DNA of 64,000 nucleotides from Candidatus Spongiisociaceae bacterium (GTDB taxonomy: Bacteria; Actinomycetota; Acidimicrobiia; Spongiisociales; Spongiisociaceae): positions 2,816,001 to 2,880,000 of the forward strand of contig CBDCOH010000002.1 of the NCBI GenBank assembly GCA_965219685.1, given 5' to 3'. Each line of letters opens with the position of its first letter. Positions within the stretch are counted from its first letter, which is position 1. Below, piece by piece: positions 48,897 through 64,000 of this stretch. Made by a program: the position numbers and the translations under genes. Under the pieces are notes generated by a model. The model worked only from the letters and a program-made list of their open reading frames with translations, did no database searches and was not told the DNA's origin.

Positions 48897-49334
48897 GCGT
48901 ATCCCCTCTCTCCTTCTACTCGTGGATCAGCTGTATCCAACGCTATCATCGCTACCAGTCACTGTAGTACGATACCACCATCGACGCCAAGTGGTCCACC
49001 CCGTCTCGATAACCCACGACCCAGCCACTGACTGATGCTGTCCACGATCCACCCGAACCCGCCGGCGAAGACGAGGGCATCGTGATTGTTGTTCGGTGAA
49101 TCTCCGCACACTCATTGGGGAGTTATGGAGACCGGGCCCTCGGTGTCCTGCGGCTGCCGCCTACCGGTCGACTCCGGCGAGTAGAACTACTTCCGCACGG
49201 TGTGAGTGCAGAACCTACCAGGAGCACCCAGCACCTTTTGGCGCTCTGTGAACGAAAGACCATAACTTGTCACACCCACCTCATATCCTGAACACACACG
49301 GGTCCTCGACATCTGGACATAAGGGAGGTAACAC

Positions 49335-50578
49335 ATGGCGGCACTCACGTTCGAACAACTCCATCGGGCGGTCGCCGGGGAGGCTGTAGCTCTCCGTTTA
49401 CGAACAACTCTCCAGCCCGCTGGCGGGCCGGGGGACAAGATCTTCCCGCCAACGTACGCTGTTGCGCAGAATGCCGAACACAAGTACGCCGTCGAAGAGA
49501 GAGTTGTCGATGGCGAGATCAAGACGACTGTCCTGTTGGACTCGGTGGCATCCCAGGCCAATCGAGCCGAACTGGCGCTTCTCGACGGATGGGAGACCGA
49601 CGAACTGGACTTCCCGGTCCCGTTCGTTGACTTCACCATTGACAGCGATCTGGCCGATCTAGGTAGGCTGACCGTACTAGAAGCCCCCCACCGAATCGTC
49701 GACGCCATCTTTAGGGACAGCCTGCTGGATGACACTCTGTTCCGTCTCTCAAACGTGGGCCAGTCCATAACGAACTGCAGTCCCCGAGACGCTACGGCGC
49801 TATTTCGCTACTCCCCCACAGCCCTCTTGTTCGGAGTCTGGGACTCGACAGGCCCAAAGGGAGGACTGGGATCGAAGTTCCAGCGAGCCTATGTGTCGGA
49901 GATAGTCGGCATGGATACCAAGATCGGCAAGAAGGTGGGAAGCCGGATCGATCCCTTGCAGATCGAGAAGCTCGCACAAGAGGACAAGGCGTTCAACCAC
50001 CAAGACGCCGCCCAGGTGTGGACCTTCGACGAGAGGGTGGCCGAGAGGGACAAGAGAGGGAAACCCACATATGCATCTCGAGGCGCCGAGACCGGCGAAG
50101 CCGGTCAGCCCTCCAAGATCAACCATGGGAACGTCGCGCCGACCATCGATGAGGTCTCGGGAGGAGTCACAATAAGCGAAGCCATCCAGACCACCGTCAT
50201 TTCCCTGGCCGCGCTCCGGCGACTGCGTTTTGCCGGCCACGATCGAAACACCGAGACAGTAATCCGGACCGCAGTGGCCGCGCTCGGAGTGGCGGCGATG
50301 GCCTACCAACACGAACTCGACTACGACCTTCGCTCGCGTTGCCTTCTGGTTCCGACCCACCCACCGCGGATCGAACTCATCGGTCGCGACGGTTCGGCCC
50401 CCGAAACGGTTACGATCGACCGGTCAGGTGCTGCTGGAATACTGCGAGCGGCCACCGATCGCGCATCACAAGCAGGGATCGGATGGGAGTCACAGGAGAT
50501 CAGGCTGATCCCGGCCCCGAAGCTGGTCGAGTTGATCAAACGGAGCCGTAGCGTGTCGGCGGCAGAGCAACCGTCGGG

Positions 50579-50582
<4 letters not shown>
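49335..50582 (+). CDS. cas7: Type I-G CRISPR backbone protein Cas7 (Csb1)
   Basis: LQPAGG..KIFPPTY, LLDSVASQANRAE, HRIVDA, PTALLFGVWDS. Confidence 0.93.
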
Positions 50583-55948
<5,366 letters not shown>

Positions 55949-56106
55949 TACCTTGCATCTTGCGTGCGATCTCTTCAATGCCCAAACGGACATTCGGGTT
56001 CAGTAGTGGGGGCAACGGACGGACCAACCAGATCTGGACAGGCACGAGACTCGCGCTGGTCCAAGATCATTCGAGGCTTCGCAATAACTGATATTCTTCG
56101 CCTGAG

Positions 56107-57750
56107 GTGAGAGATTTACCGAGACTCGTACCCGTTCGTATGGTCAACGAGTTCGAGTACTGCCCGCGTCTGTTCTACTTGGAGTGGGTACAGTCCCGTT
56201 TCGTTGACAACCCAGATACGGTGGAAGGACGCTATGTCCATCGCCGGGTAGACATAGGCGGTGGACGGTTCGGCGACTCGACCGAGGACGAGCCGGTTCG
56301 AGTAGCCCGTTCGGTAACTCTGGGATCCGAACGCCTTGGCCTTATCGCCAAGGCGGACCTCATCGAGGGTTCCACGAACGGGCAAGTGATACCGGTCGAG
56401 GTCAAGAGAGGGCGCCCTCCATCGCATGGCCCTGCTTGGTCACCGGAGCTGATCCAGCTGTGTGCAATCGGTCTCCTGCTCCAGGACAACGGATACGAGT
56501 GCACTGAGGGTCAGATCTACTTCGCCGAGACGCGCCAGCGGAGAACAGTCCCATTCGACGACGAACTGGTAGCCAGAACTCTCAGGGTGCTCGACGATCT
56601 GCGGCCGGTGGCGGCGGCGCCTGATCCACCTCCCCCCCTCATCGACAGCCCGAAGTGCCCACGCTGTTCACTGGTGGGTATCTGCCTCCCCGATGAGACC
56701 AACCTCCACACCCGCAGATCCCGGAAGCGACCCCGGCGACTCACACCTCGGGATTCGGCCGCCCGCCCTCTCTATGTCACCGAGCAGGGGGCGAAGATCG
56801 GGATCAGAGGGGGCCGTGTGAGAGTCACGAGACACAACCAAGAGATCCAGCAGGTCAGAGCCATCGACGTATCCCAGATCTCGGTGTTCGGCAACGTACA
56901 GCTGAGCTCCCAACTCATGCGCGCGGCCTTCTCACGAGAGACCCCGGTCTGCTGGTTCTCGTACGGAGGATGGTTCCAAGGCATCGCCCAAGGACTGCCA
57001 TCGAAGCACGTTGAGCTCAGAAGGCGACAGGTCGGGATCGCAGCCCAAGCCGGTCTGCCGGTGGCACGGCGAATGGTTGAAGGCAAGATCCGTAACTGCC
57101 GAACGTTCCTCAGACGAAACTCTCGATCCGACACAGGGTCCGTTCTGCCCCAGCTCAAAGACTTGGCCGACAAGTCAGCCTCGGCGGAATCGATAGAGTC
57201 GCTACTCGGGTTCGAGGGGACGGCCGCTCGCCTGTACTTCGGACGGTTTGCCGGGATGCTCAAGAATGACGACCTTGGCACGTTCGATGTCAAGGGCCGA
57301 AATCGACGACCTCCCCGGGACCCCACCAACTGTTTGCTCTCCTATGCCTATTCCCTGCTGACCAAAGACCTGACTGCAACTGTGCTCGGAGTCGGATTCG
57401 ACCCCTACTTGGGTCTATACCATCGTTCTCGTTTTGGACGGCCGGCCCTTGCGCTAGATCTGGCTGAGGAATTCCGACCACTCATCGCCGACTCCGTAGT
57501 AGTCAACGTGATCAACAACGGCGAGATCCGCTCATCCGGTTTCATCATCCGCGCCCAAGGAGTGGCCCTGAGTCAACAGGCCCGACGCTCATTCCTTGCT
57601 GCGTACGAGAGACGACTGGATCATCAGGTGACCCACCCGACGTACAAGTACCGCATCACCTACCGTCGCGTACTGGAAGTTCAGGCTCGAATGCTCGGTG
57701 CCTATCTTCTGGGCGAGATTCCCGAATACGTACCCTTCATGACGAGATAG
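56107..57750 (+). CDS. cas1: Cas4-Cas1 fusion
   Basis: Cas4: YCPR, EVKRG, QL, CPRCSLVGIC; Cas1: GFEG..A..YF, RRPPRDP, LYH, LALDLAEEFR. Confidence 0.96.
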   Translation: MRDLPRLVPVRMVNEFEYCPRLFYLEWVQSRFVDNPDTVEGRYVHRRVDIGGGRFGDSTEDEPVRVARSVTLGSERLGLIAKADLIEGSTNGQVIPVEVKRGRPPSHGPAWSPELIQLCAIGLLLQDNGYECTEGQIYFAETRQRRTVPFDDELVARTLRVLDDLRPVAAAPDPPPPLIDSPKCPRCSLVGICLPDETNLHTRRSRKRPRRLTPRDSAARPLYVTEQGAKIGIRGGRVRVTRHNQEIQQVRAIDVSQISVFGNVQLSSQLMRAAFSRETPVCWFSYGGWFQGIAQGLPSKHVELRRRQVGIAAQAGLPVARRMVEGKIRNCRTFLRRNSRSDTGSVLPQLKDLADKSASAESIESLLGFEGTAARLYFGRFAGMLKNDDLGTFDVKGRNRRPPRDPTNCLLSYAYSLLTKDLTATVLGVGFDPYLGLYHRSRFGRPALALDLAEEFRPLIADSVVVNVINNGEIRSSGFIIRAQGVALSQQARRSFLAAYERRLDHQVTHPTYKYRITYRRVLEVQARMLGAYLLGEIPEYVPFMTR

Positions 57751-57752
57751 CG

Positions 57753-58049
57753 ATGGCTAGACGCAAGAGATACCTAGTGGCGTACGACATCCGAGACGAC
57801 AAACGGTTGAGACGGGTCCACAAAACGGTGAAAGGCTACGGATGGAGCCTCCAGTACAGCGTGTTCATCTGCGACCTGGACGCCATGGAGCTGCTCTCGC
57901 TGAAGACAGACCTCGGCTCGGTGATCCACCACGCTGCCGACTCCATAGCTATCGTAGACCTAGGCGCCCCGGAGGAGCGCGGCAGCGAGTGCTTCCAGTT
58001 CATGGGTGTCGCGGCTAGGTTGCCCGCATCCGGTGCCGTGATTGTCTGA
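57753..58049 (+). CDS. cas2: Cas2
   Basis: YLVAYDIRDDKRLRRV, LQYSVFIC. Confidence 0.96.
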   Translation: MARRKRYLVAYDIRDDKRLRRVHKTVKGYGWSLQYSVFICDLDAMELLSLKTDLGSVIHHAADSIAIVDLGAPEERGSECFQFMGVAARLPASGAVIV

Positions 58050-58220
58050 TGCGAGCGGTCCGGTGACACCCGTAGCCCCAGTGAGCGCTCGTTTCGTCGC
58101 TCTACCAGGGGTTTCCGGCTCCTTGACAACCAAATGCGGACTCCAGGAAAGCCGCCCTTTCAAGTACCGCTCGCAAACCTTGACAAAGCCCCAGGTCAGG
58201 GCTAGGTTTTGGTGCGAGCC
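58050..58220 (+). promoter_or_regulatory. CRISPR leader with promoter
   Basis: TTGACA(58180)-N17-TAGGTT(58203); 10-bp inverted repeat TGCGAGCGGT (58050-58059) / ACCGCTCGCA (58166-58175). Confidence 0.8.
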
Positions 58221-60133
58221 GAACGGGCAGTCTTACGACTGCCCCTCCATTGCGGCTGCTTGGGCTTGGCCGTCGGCTCGAAGGTTCCGATCTGAACGGG
58301 CAGTCTTACGACTGCCCCTCCATTGCGGCTGCTCCCTCGGTGCGACGGTGACCTGTACGGCGGGTCGAACGGGCAGTCTTACGACTGCCCCTCCATTGCG
58401 GCGGGTTGCTTCGCTGATGGTTCCCCGCTCCCGGACTGAACGGGCAGTCTTACGACTGCCCCTCCATTGCGGCCGGGTGAACCCGTGGCAGGGCGACCGC
58501 ATCACCGCCGGAACGGGCAGTCTTACGACTGCCCCTCCATTGCGGCTGTGGTGGCGGAGGGGCTGCTGAGGGTCTCCAGAGGAACGGGCAGTCTTACGAC
58601 TGCCCCTCCATTGCGGCTGCGCCGGCATGGCCGGGATCGTGTGGGTGCGGTCGGAACGGGCAGTCTTACGACTGCCCCTCCATTGCGGCTCTGCCATCCT
58701 TGTGCTCCTCTCTCCACTGGCGGATGAACGGGCAGTCTTACGACTGCCCCTCCATTGCGGCCTAGCCCGTCGATCCCGATAGGGGCCGCCATGATGGCGA
58801 ACGGGCAGTCTTACGACTGCCCCTCCATTGCGGCGGGGTATACGACAGCCGCCGGCGCCGGCGGGTGACCGAACGGGCAGTCTTACGACTGCCCCTCCAT
58901 TGCGGCATGGATGCAGCGATGGCAGGGTTCAAACTGTATCGGGAACGGGCAGTCTTACGACTGCCCCTCCATTGCGGCAAGACACACCAGTAAATCAGCT
59001 TGTACGACTACCCGAGAACGGGCAGTCTTACGACTGCCCCTCCATTGCGGCGATGTCGAGGGCGAGGATCGAGTCGTCGGAGTCGGTGGAACGGGCAGTC
59101 TTACGACTGCCCCTCCATTGCGGCCCGGTCTCCGCCCCGTGTTCGTCGTCAGGTCTTTGTCTGAACGGGCAGTCTTACGACTGCCCCTCCATTGCGGCCG
59201 GTATCTTTTCCTGCCGTTTTTCCGGTCGATCGACGAACGGGCAGTCTTACGACTGCCCCTCCATTGCGGCTGATCGGGTGCTGGGTTGTCACCGGCGACC
59301 GGTTCTGAACGGGCAGTCTTACGACTGCCCCTCCATTGCGGCCCGACGGATCCGACCGGGACCCCGCATCCGACGAGAGAACGGGCAGTCTTACGACTGC
59401 CCCTCCATTGCGGCGCCGCGGACCCGCCGCCGCAGGCGCTGTACATCGGCCGAACGGGCAGTCTTACGACTGCCCCTCCATTGCGGCCATCCGAGGGGAG
59501 TCCGTTCCCCAATCGGTATTGGAGAACGGGCAGTCTTACGACTGCCCCTCCATTGCGGCATCCCTCCGTCGGGGGTCTGCCACCAGGCGAGATTAGAACG
59601 GGCAGTCTTACGACTGCCCCTCCATTGCGGCACACGCCACCGGTGCCGCCGCCGGTCTTGTCTAGGGCGAACGGGCAGTCTTACGACTGCCCCTCCATTG
59701 CGGCACGGGCAGGTTGAACACGCCGCCGGCGGTGGTCACGAACGGGCAGTCTTACGACTGCCCCTCCATTGCGGCACTCTGGGCATCATCACACCCAGCC
59801 GGGCCAGCACGAACGGGCAGTCTTACGACTGCCCCTCCATTGCGGCATTGTTAAGCCTACCGGCGTGCTCTCTGCCTACTGGGAACGGGCAGTCTTACGA
59901 CTGCCCCTCCATTGCGGCAGCAATAGCCTTACTACCTACTCCTGTGGGCCGCGAACGGGCAGTCTTACGACTGCCCCTCCATTGCGGCGCACCTGACGCA
60001 AGCCGATACGGTCGGACGTATGATGAACGGGCAGTCTTACGACTGCCCCTCCATTGCGGTACCTCGATCCACACCGCGGCGTAGGTGCACCACACGTAAA
60101 CGGGCAGTCCTACGACTGCCCGTTCATTCCAGT
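58221..60133 (+). CRISPR. Type I-G CRISPR array: 27 repeats (36 nt, last degenerate), 26 spacers of 34-38 nt
   Basis: Repeat GAACGGGCAGTCTTACGACTGCCCCTCCATTGCGGC with GGGCAGTC/GACTGCCC hairpin; repeat 26 ends in T, repeat 27 (60098-60133) diverged. Confidence 0.98.
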
Positions 60134-60141
60134 ACCGACCG

Positions 60142-61317
60142 CTACCAGAAGCTCGACTCTTCGGAGTGCACGTGGTCGGGGAGTCTGTAGCTGATTCCTG
60201 CCTCGTCGAATGCGGATACCTCCAGAAGGGAGGTGAAGGCGGTGAAGTTGGTCTGCTTGGCTACCTTCGCCAGGTACTTGCGGACGAAGGCCTTGTAGCG
60301 CATCTGCATCCTGAACCACGGGAGAACGCCGACCACCGGTGTGGCCGGGTACATGAGCTGGTCGGACAGCGGCTTGCCGACCAGAGCCCGCGACACGCGA
60401 TAGACGTACTTGCTGAAGCTCCGGCGGACCTCGGGTTCGGTCATACCCACCAGCAGCGGTCCCGAATTGATCAGTGCATTGGCCATCACCATCGACTCGA
60501 CTCCGGGAGTGGGCTCGCACATCCCGCCGATCTCGAACAACCTCACCGCCGCCGCCTCGTCTTCGAACAGAATCGTGTCGGGTATCCCCATCAGATAACC
60601 GGTGTAGCGCCAAACGGCCATGAAGCTCTCGCGCTCCTCGTCGTTGTAGCTCGCCCCCAGGTTCTCCATGTGCCTGAGCAGTCTGGCCGAGAACGCCGTG
60701 ATCGCGAAGCCCAGATGCGCGGCGCTGACGGGCGCTCCCCAAGCGTCGCGATCCCAGTCATCGGACTTGTCCAGGAGCCTGCGGATCTGTGCATGGATGA
60801 TCCGGACCCGGACCGAGAGCTTCCACCCGTCACCGGTCCTCTCCAGCCCACCGGGCATGAAACACTCGATCATGTGCCGGTTGTTCTGCTTCAGCCGCCT
60901 CACACCCTGATCGCGGAGCCGGCCCGTTATGAAGAAGGACTTGCTGATATTGGTCGAGAAACCCTCCACCAGCGTTCCGGCCAGCATCGAGGCCAGAACG
61001 ACCGGTGAGTTCCGGTGGAACATGCGGATACCGGGCAGGAAGGCATCCGGGTCCAGCCAGTCGGGCGTGGCGGATGCGTGGTCGAAGAACTCCCGTACGA
61101 AGACCGGGCTCGCCTTGAGCGCCTCCTCGTCCATATCCATGGCGACGCGGAGTGTCTGGTTTATCTGCCTGGGTCTCTGCGAGTAAAGCTGTTCGACGAA
61201 AGCGTCCGCAACCGGATCGGTGATGAGCATGTGGGCGATGTAGTTCGACGCCAACTCCGGGTCGATCAGCCGGGCCTTCTCGAAGCCCTCCGCGTAGTCC
61301 GTCGGTATGTCGAGCAA
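60142..61317 (-). CDS. Oxygenase MpaB/DUF2236 family protein
   Basis: DPVADA, TPDWLD, RVRIIHAQIRR, WG.PVS, VWRYTGYLMGIP. Confidence 0.85.
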   Translation of the reverse strand: MLDIPTDYAEGFEKARLIDPELASNYIAHMLITDPVADAFVEQLYSQRPRQINQTLRVAMDMDEEALKASPVFVREFFDHASATPDWLDPDAFLPGIRMFHRNSPVVLASMLAGTLVEGFSTNISKSFFITGRLRDQGVRRLKQNNRHMIECFMPGGLERTGDGWKLSVRVRIIHAQIRRLLDKSDDWDRDAWGAPVSAAHLGFAITAFSARLLRHMENLGASYNDEERESFMAVWRYTGYLMGIPDTILFEDEAAAVRLFEIGGMCEPTPGVESMVMANALINSGPLLVGMTEPEVRRSFSKYVYRVSRALVGKPLSDQLMYPATPVVGVLPWFRMQMRYKAFVRKYLAKVAKQTNFTAFTSLLEVSAFDEAGISYRLPDHVHSEESSFW

Positions 61318-61353
61318 CTGTGTCCCTCCGGACCTTCCTCTACATCGTCGGTC

Positions 61354-63558
61354 TCAGTGGTCGTCCTCTGCCTCTACCCGGAGGTCGGGCAGCCAGTCCA
61401 GCCACGGCGGCAGGTACCAGTTCCGGGCTCCCAGCACCTCCATGCTGGCCGGGACCAGGATCGATCGAACGAAGGTGGCGTCGAGGAACACCGCTATCGC
61501 GAGACCGAACCCCATCAACTGGTTGATGACGGTGCGCCCGGTAGCGAACGCCCCGAACACCACAACCATGATGAGTGCCGCCCCCGTGATGATACCGGCG
61601 GTCGAGCGCAACCCGTAGGCGACCGCTTCGGTATTGTCGCCGGTCTCGTCGTAGCGTTCACGAATCCGGCTCAGCAGGAACACGTGGTAGTCCATCGACA
61701 GCCCGAAAAGCACGGCGAAGAGGAACAGCGGCATCCAGGCGTCGATCACCTCGGCCCGCTGGAACCCGAACAGGTCGATCCCGATTCCCTTCTGGAAGAC
61801 GAGCACCAGCAACCCGTAGGTCGCGCCGACCGAGAGGAGGTTCATGACGATGGCCTTCAGCGGGATGACTATCGACCGGAAGACCATCATCAGGATGATG
61901 AAGCTGAGGCCGAGCACCAGGGCGAAGACGATCGGCGTGTAGAACCTGACTATCCCGTAGAAGTCGGCCACCTCCGCGGTGAGGCCGCCCACGTGGACCT
62001 CGGCCGGTACGCCTTCGAAGAAGGCGGGGATGATCTCCTCGCGGAGAACGGTCACCTGATCGGCCGCCTCCGGGCTGCTCGGCTGTCCCGGGAAGGGGAG
62101 GGACAGGAGGGTCAGATCGCCGGCATCGTTGACCGTCTTGGTCGGGGGGACGGGAAAGGCGGGGTTGGTGAACAGTTCCCTCTGCAGGTCGCCTATCGCC
62201 GCTGCCACTTGCGGATCGTCGGCGTCGCCGTCGATGACTATCTCGGCGGGGCTGAGGACCCCGGCAGGGCTGACACTCCCCACGGAGAACTTCTCCTCGA
62301 GGAGGAGGAAGGCTTCCTTGGCCTGCGCGCCGTCGGGGAAGGTGTTCACATCGTTAAGGCCCGTCCGGATGTCCAGGTAGAAGTAGGACAGGGCCAGCAT
62401 CGGTATGCCGACCAGGAGGATGCTGATGACCGGGCGCCGCATGACGACCCGCGTCACGCTCTCCCAGAACCCCTCCTGGCTGACCTCGGGACTCTTGAGG
62501 GAGAAACGGGCCAGGAACGGTATGGGGAGGAGATCGACCCTCGGACCGAGCAGCGCCAGGGCTGCAGGCAGCAGCGTGAGGGTTCCCAACAGCGCGAAGA
62601 TGACCACCACGATCGCGCCCAGGGCCAGCGACTGGTAGAAGGACGCCGGCGTGATGAGGAGACCGATGAGAGCCAGCACCACGGTGGCCCCGCTGAACAC
62701 CACGGTACGCCCGGCGGTCGCGGCGGACCGCACCACGGCGTCGAACGTCTCCAGGCCCCGCGCCAGTTCCTCCTTGAACCTCGACACGATGAGAAGCGAG
62801 TAGTCGATTCCGACGGCCAGGCCGATCATCACCACCATCAGCCGGACGAAGAAGACCAGTTGGAACTGCTGGCCTATGACCGCTATGCCGGCCGTTGCCA
62901 GAACGATGGCGAACGCGGCGAGGCCCAGCGGAAGCAGGGTGGCGACGACGGCGCCTAGCAGCACGAGGAGGATGATCAGCGCGACCGGAACACCGAACCG
63001 CTCGCCCTTCTCCAGGTCTTCGAGCGCCAGTTCGTTGGTCTCGTAGGCAACGCTGGCGTCTCCCCCGATCAGCACGCGAAAATCGTCGGCCGCATCCGCC
63101 TCCTCGATGATGTGAATCACCTCCCCCACGTTCGCCGTGGCGGCGTCGGCGTTCCCGGTCATGCCGAACACCAGGATGGTCGTCTGGCGGTCCAGCGACA
63201 CTATGACCGGGTTGGAGGTCAGGTAGAAGTGGTCCAGCACGGTCACCTTGTCGGCTCCGAGGGCGGTCACATCGGCTGCGATCGACTCGACCTTCGTGCG
63301 GAAGGCGGCGTCGTCCACGGTGAGGGACGGCGACTGGACCACCACCAGTTCGGTCAGCTGCCTCGGCCCCCGCAACCGATCCTCCAGCAGCGCGGAAGCC
63401 TTCTCGGATTCGTAACGGCCCGCGAGCCGGAAGTCGGTGGTGGTGGCGGTGTCGAGCAGGCGGTCGATGAGACCCAACGAGACCACCAGCGCCAGCACCC
63501 AGAGACCGATGGTGAGCAGTGGCCTCCGTGCTGAGAAGCGGGCCAGAACGCCGATCAT
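61354..63558 (-). CDS. MMPL family (RND) transporter
   Basis: GLAVGIDYSLLIVSRF, TAGRTVVFSG, FGLSMDYHVFLLSRIRE, DATFVRSILVPA. Confidence 0.93.
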   Translation of the reverse strand: MIGVLARFSARRPLLTIGLWVLALVVSLGLIDRLLDTATTTDFRLAGRYESEKASALLEDRLRGPRQLTELVVVQSPSLTVDDAAFRTKVESIAADVTALGADKVTVLDHFYLTSNPVIVSLDRQTTILVFGMTGNADAATANVGEVIHIIEEADAADDFRVLIGGDASVAYETNELALEDLEKGERFGVPVALIILLVLLGAVVATLLPLGLAAFAIVLATAGIAVIGQQFQLVFFVRLMVVMIGLAVGIDYSLLIVSRFKEELARGLETFDAVVRSAATAGRTVVFSGATVVLALIGLLITPASFYQSLALGAIVVVIFALLGTLTLLPAALALLGPRVDLLPIPFLARFSLKSPEVSQEGFWESVTRVVMRRPVISILLVGIPMLALSYFYLDIRTGLNDVNTFPDGAQAKEAFLLLEEKFSVGSVSPAGVLSPAEIVIDGDADDPQVAAAIGDLQRELFTNPAFPVPPTKTVNDAGDLTLLSLPFPGQPSSPEAADQVTVLREEIIPAFFEGVPAEVHVGGLTAEVADFYGIVRFYTPIVFALVLGLSFIILMMVFRSIVIPLKAIVMNLLSVGATYGLLVLVFQKGIGIDLFGFQRAEVIDAWMPLFLFAVLFGLSMDYHVFLLSRIRERYDETGDNTEAVAYGLRSTAGIITGAALIMVVVFGAFATGRTVINQLMGFGLAIAVFLDATFVRSILVPASMEVLGARNWYLPPWLDWLPDLRVEAEDDH

Positions 63559-64000
63559 GGAATGACTTCCCCTTTCGGTTCGCCGAGCGGGCTCGAACAG
63601 CGTCGATGCCCGCCGTCTCGACCGGGATGGAGGCCACGGCCGGGGCTGAGTATCCAAACGTGGACACACCCTCGATGCGGAGCCTCGAGAATCCGGGACT
63701 TGCCGTCTGAACCTTAGCCGTGGGGGCGAAGCCTTCCCCGACAATCCGGATCGTCGGGTCTCGGTCGATGATTGTCCGAAGTCCGGCGTACTCCAGACAG
63801 CTGCATAGAGGAACCGGACAGGACAAGGATCCGCCGCCGATACCAGCCAGGGGGACACGGCGGGTCGGCAGCGACCCGGCGCGGCCGGCGTTAACGGACC
63901 TGTACTTCCTGCTCGCCTTCCGGCACCGACCGGATCCGGCTCTGCTGCTACGAGGTCACCGCGACCCCTTACACTCGGTGCCGCCCCACGCTACGGCCAG

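Noticed and set aside
59343-59378. Spacer 16 shares CCGACGGATCC with ~47877
   Set aside because: 11-nt match only; not self-targeting. No full protospacer was seen in the window by eye, though the search was not exhaustive
59705-59739. Spacer 21 begins ACGGGCAG, matching repeat positions 3-10
   Set aside because: Only 8 nt with normal spacer length; compatible with chance
58042-60095. Repetitive ORFs (ERAVLRLPLHCG, NGQSYDCPSIAA)
   Set aside because: Translations of CRISPR repeats
61015-62958. 647-aa plus-strand ORF
   Set aside because: Antisense shadow of the MMPL gene

Overview
High-GC actinobacterial chromosome segment, most likely Acidimicrobiia (inferred from gene content such as Thr/Ala-rich lipoprotein SBPs, DUF222-HNH, ppgK and an actinobacterial-type tRNA-Sec). 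From left to right: a SmaI-like type II R-M locus with a frameshifted endonuclease; gndA, an aquaporin/arsC pair, ppgK and hflX; tRNA-Sec (selC), whose 3' 15 bp recur at 18077-18091 and bound a ~10.2 kb integrase-less catabolic island (class IV aminotransferase, Opp-type ABC, cupin, phosphotriesterase, defence-gene remnant); a second mosaic sugar-ABC/oxidoreductase block; core genes; and a complete type I-G CRISPR-Cas system (cas7, csb2, cas3, small cas8, cas4-cas1, cas2, 27 repeats, 26 spacers), then an MpaB-like oxygenase and an MMPL transporter. The most unusual non-coding signals are a ~280 nt stand-alone structured RNA candidate (29707-29987) with 16 nt of complementarity to the 16S rRNA 3' tail and a sequestered micro-ORF, and a 40-unit two-block heptamer array that belongs to a family of strand-oriented 7-mer repeats at gene 3' ends. 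All family calls come from motif recognition by eye; no database search or folding program was run.
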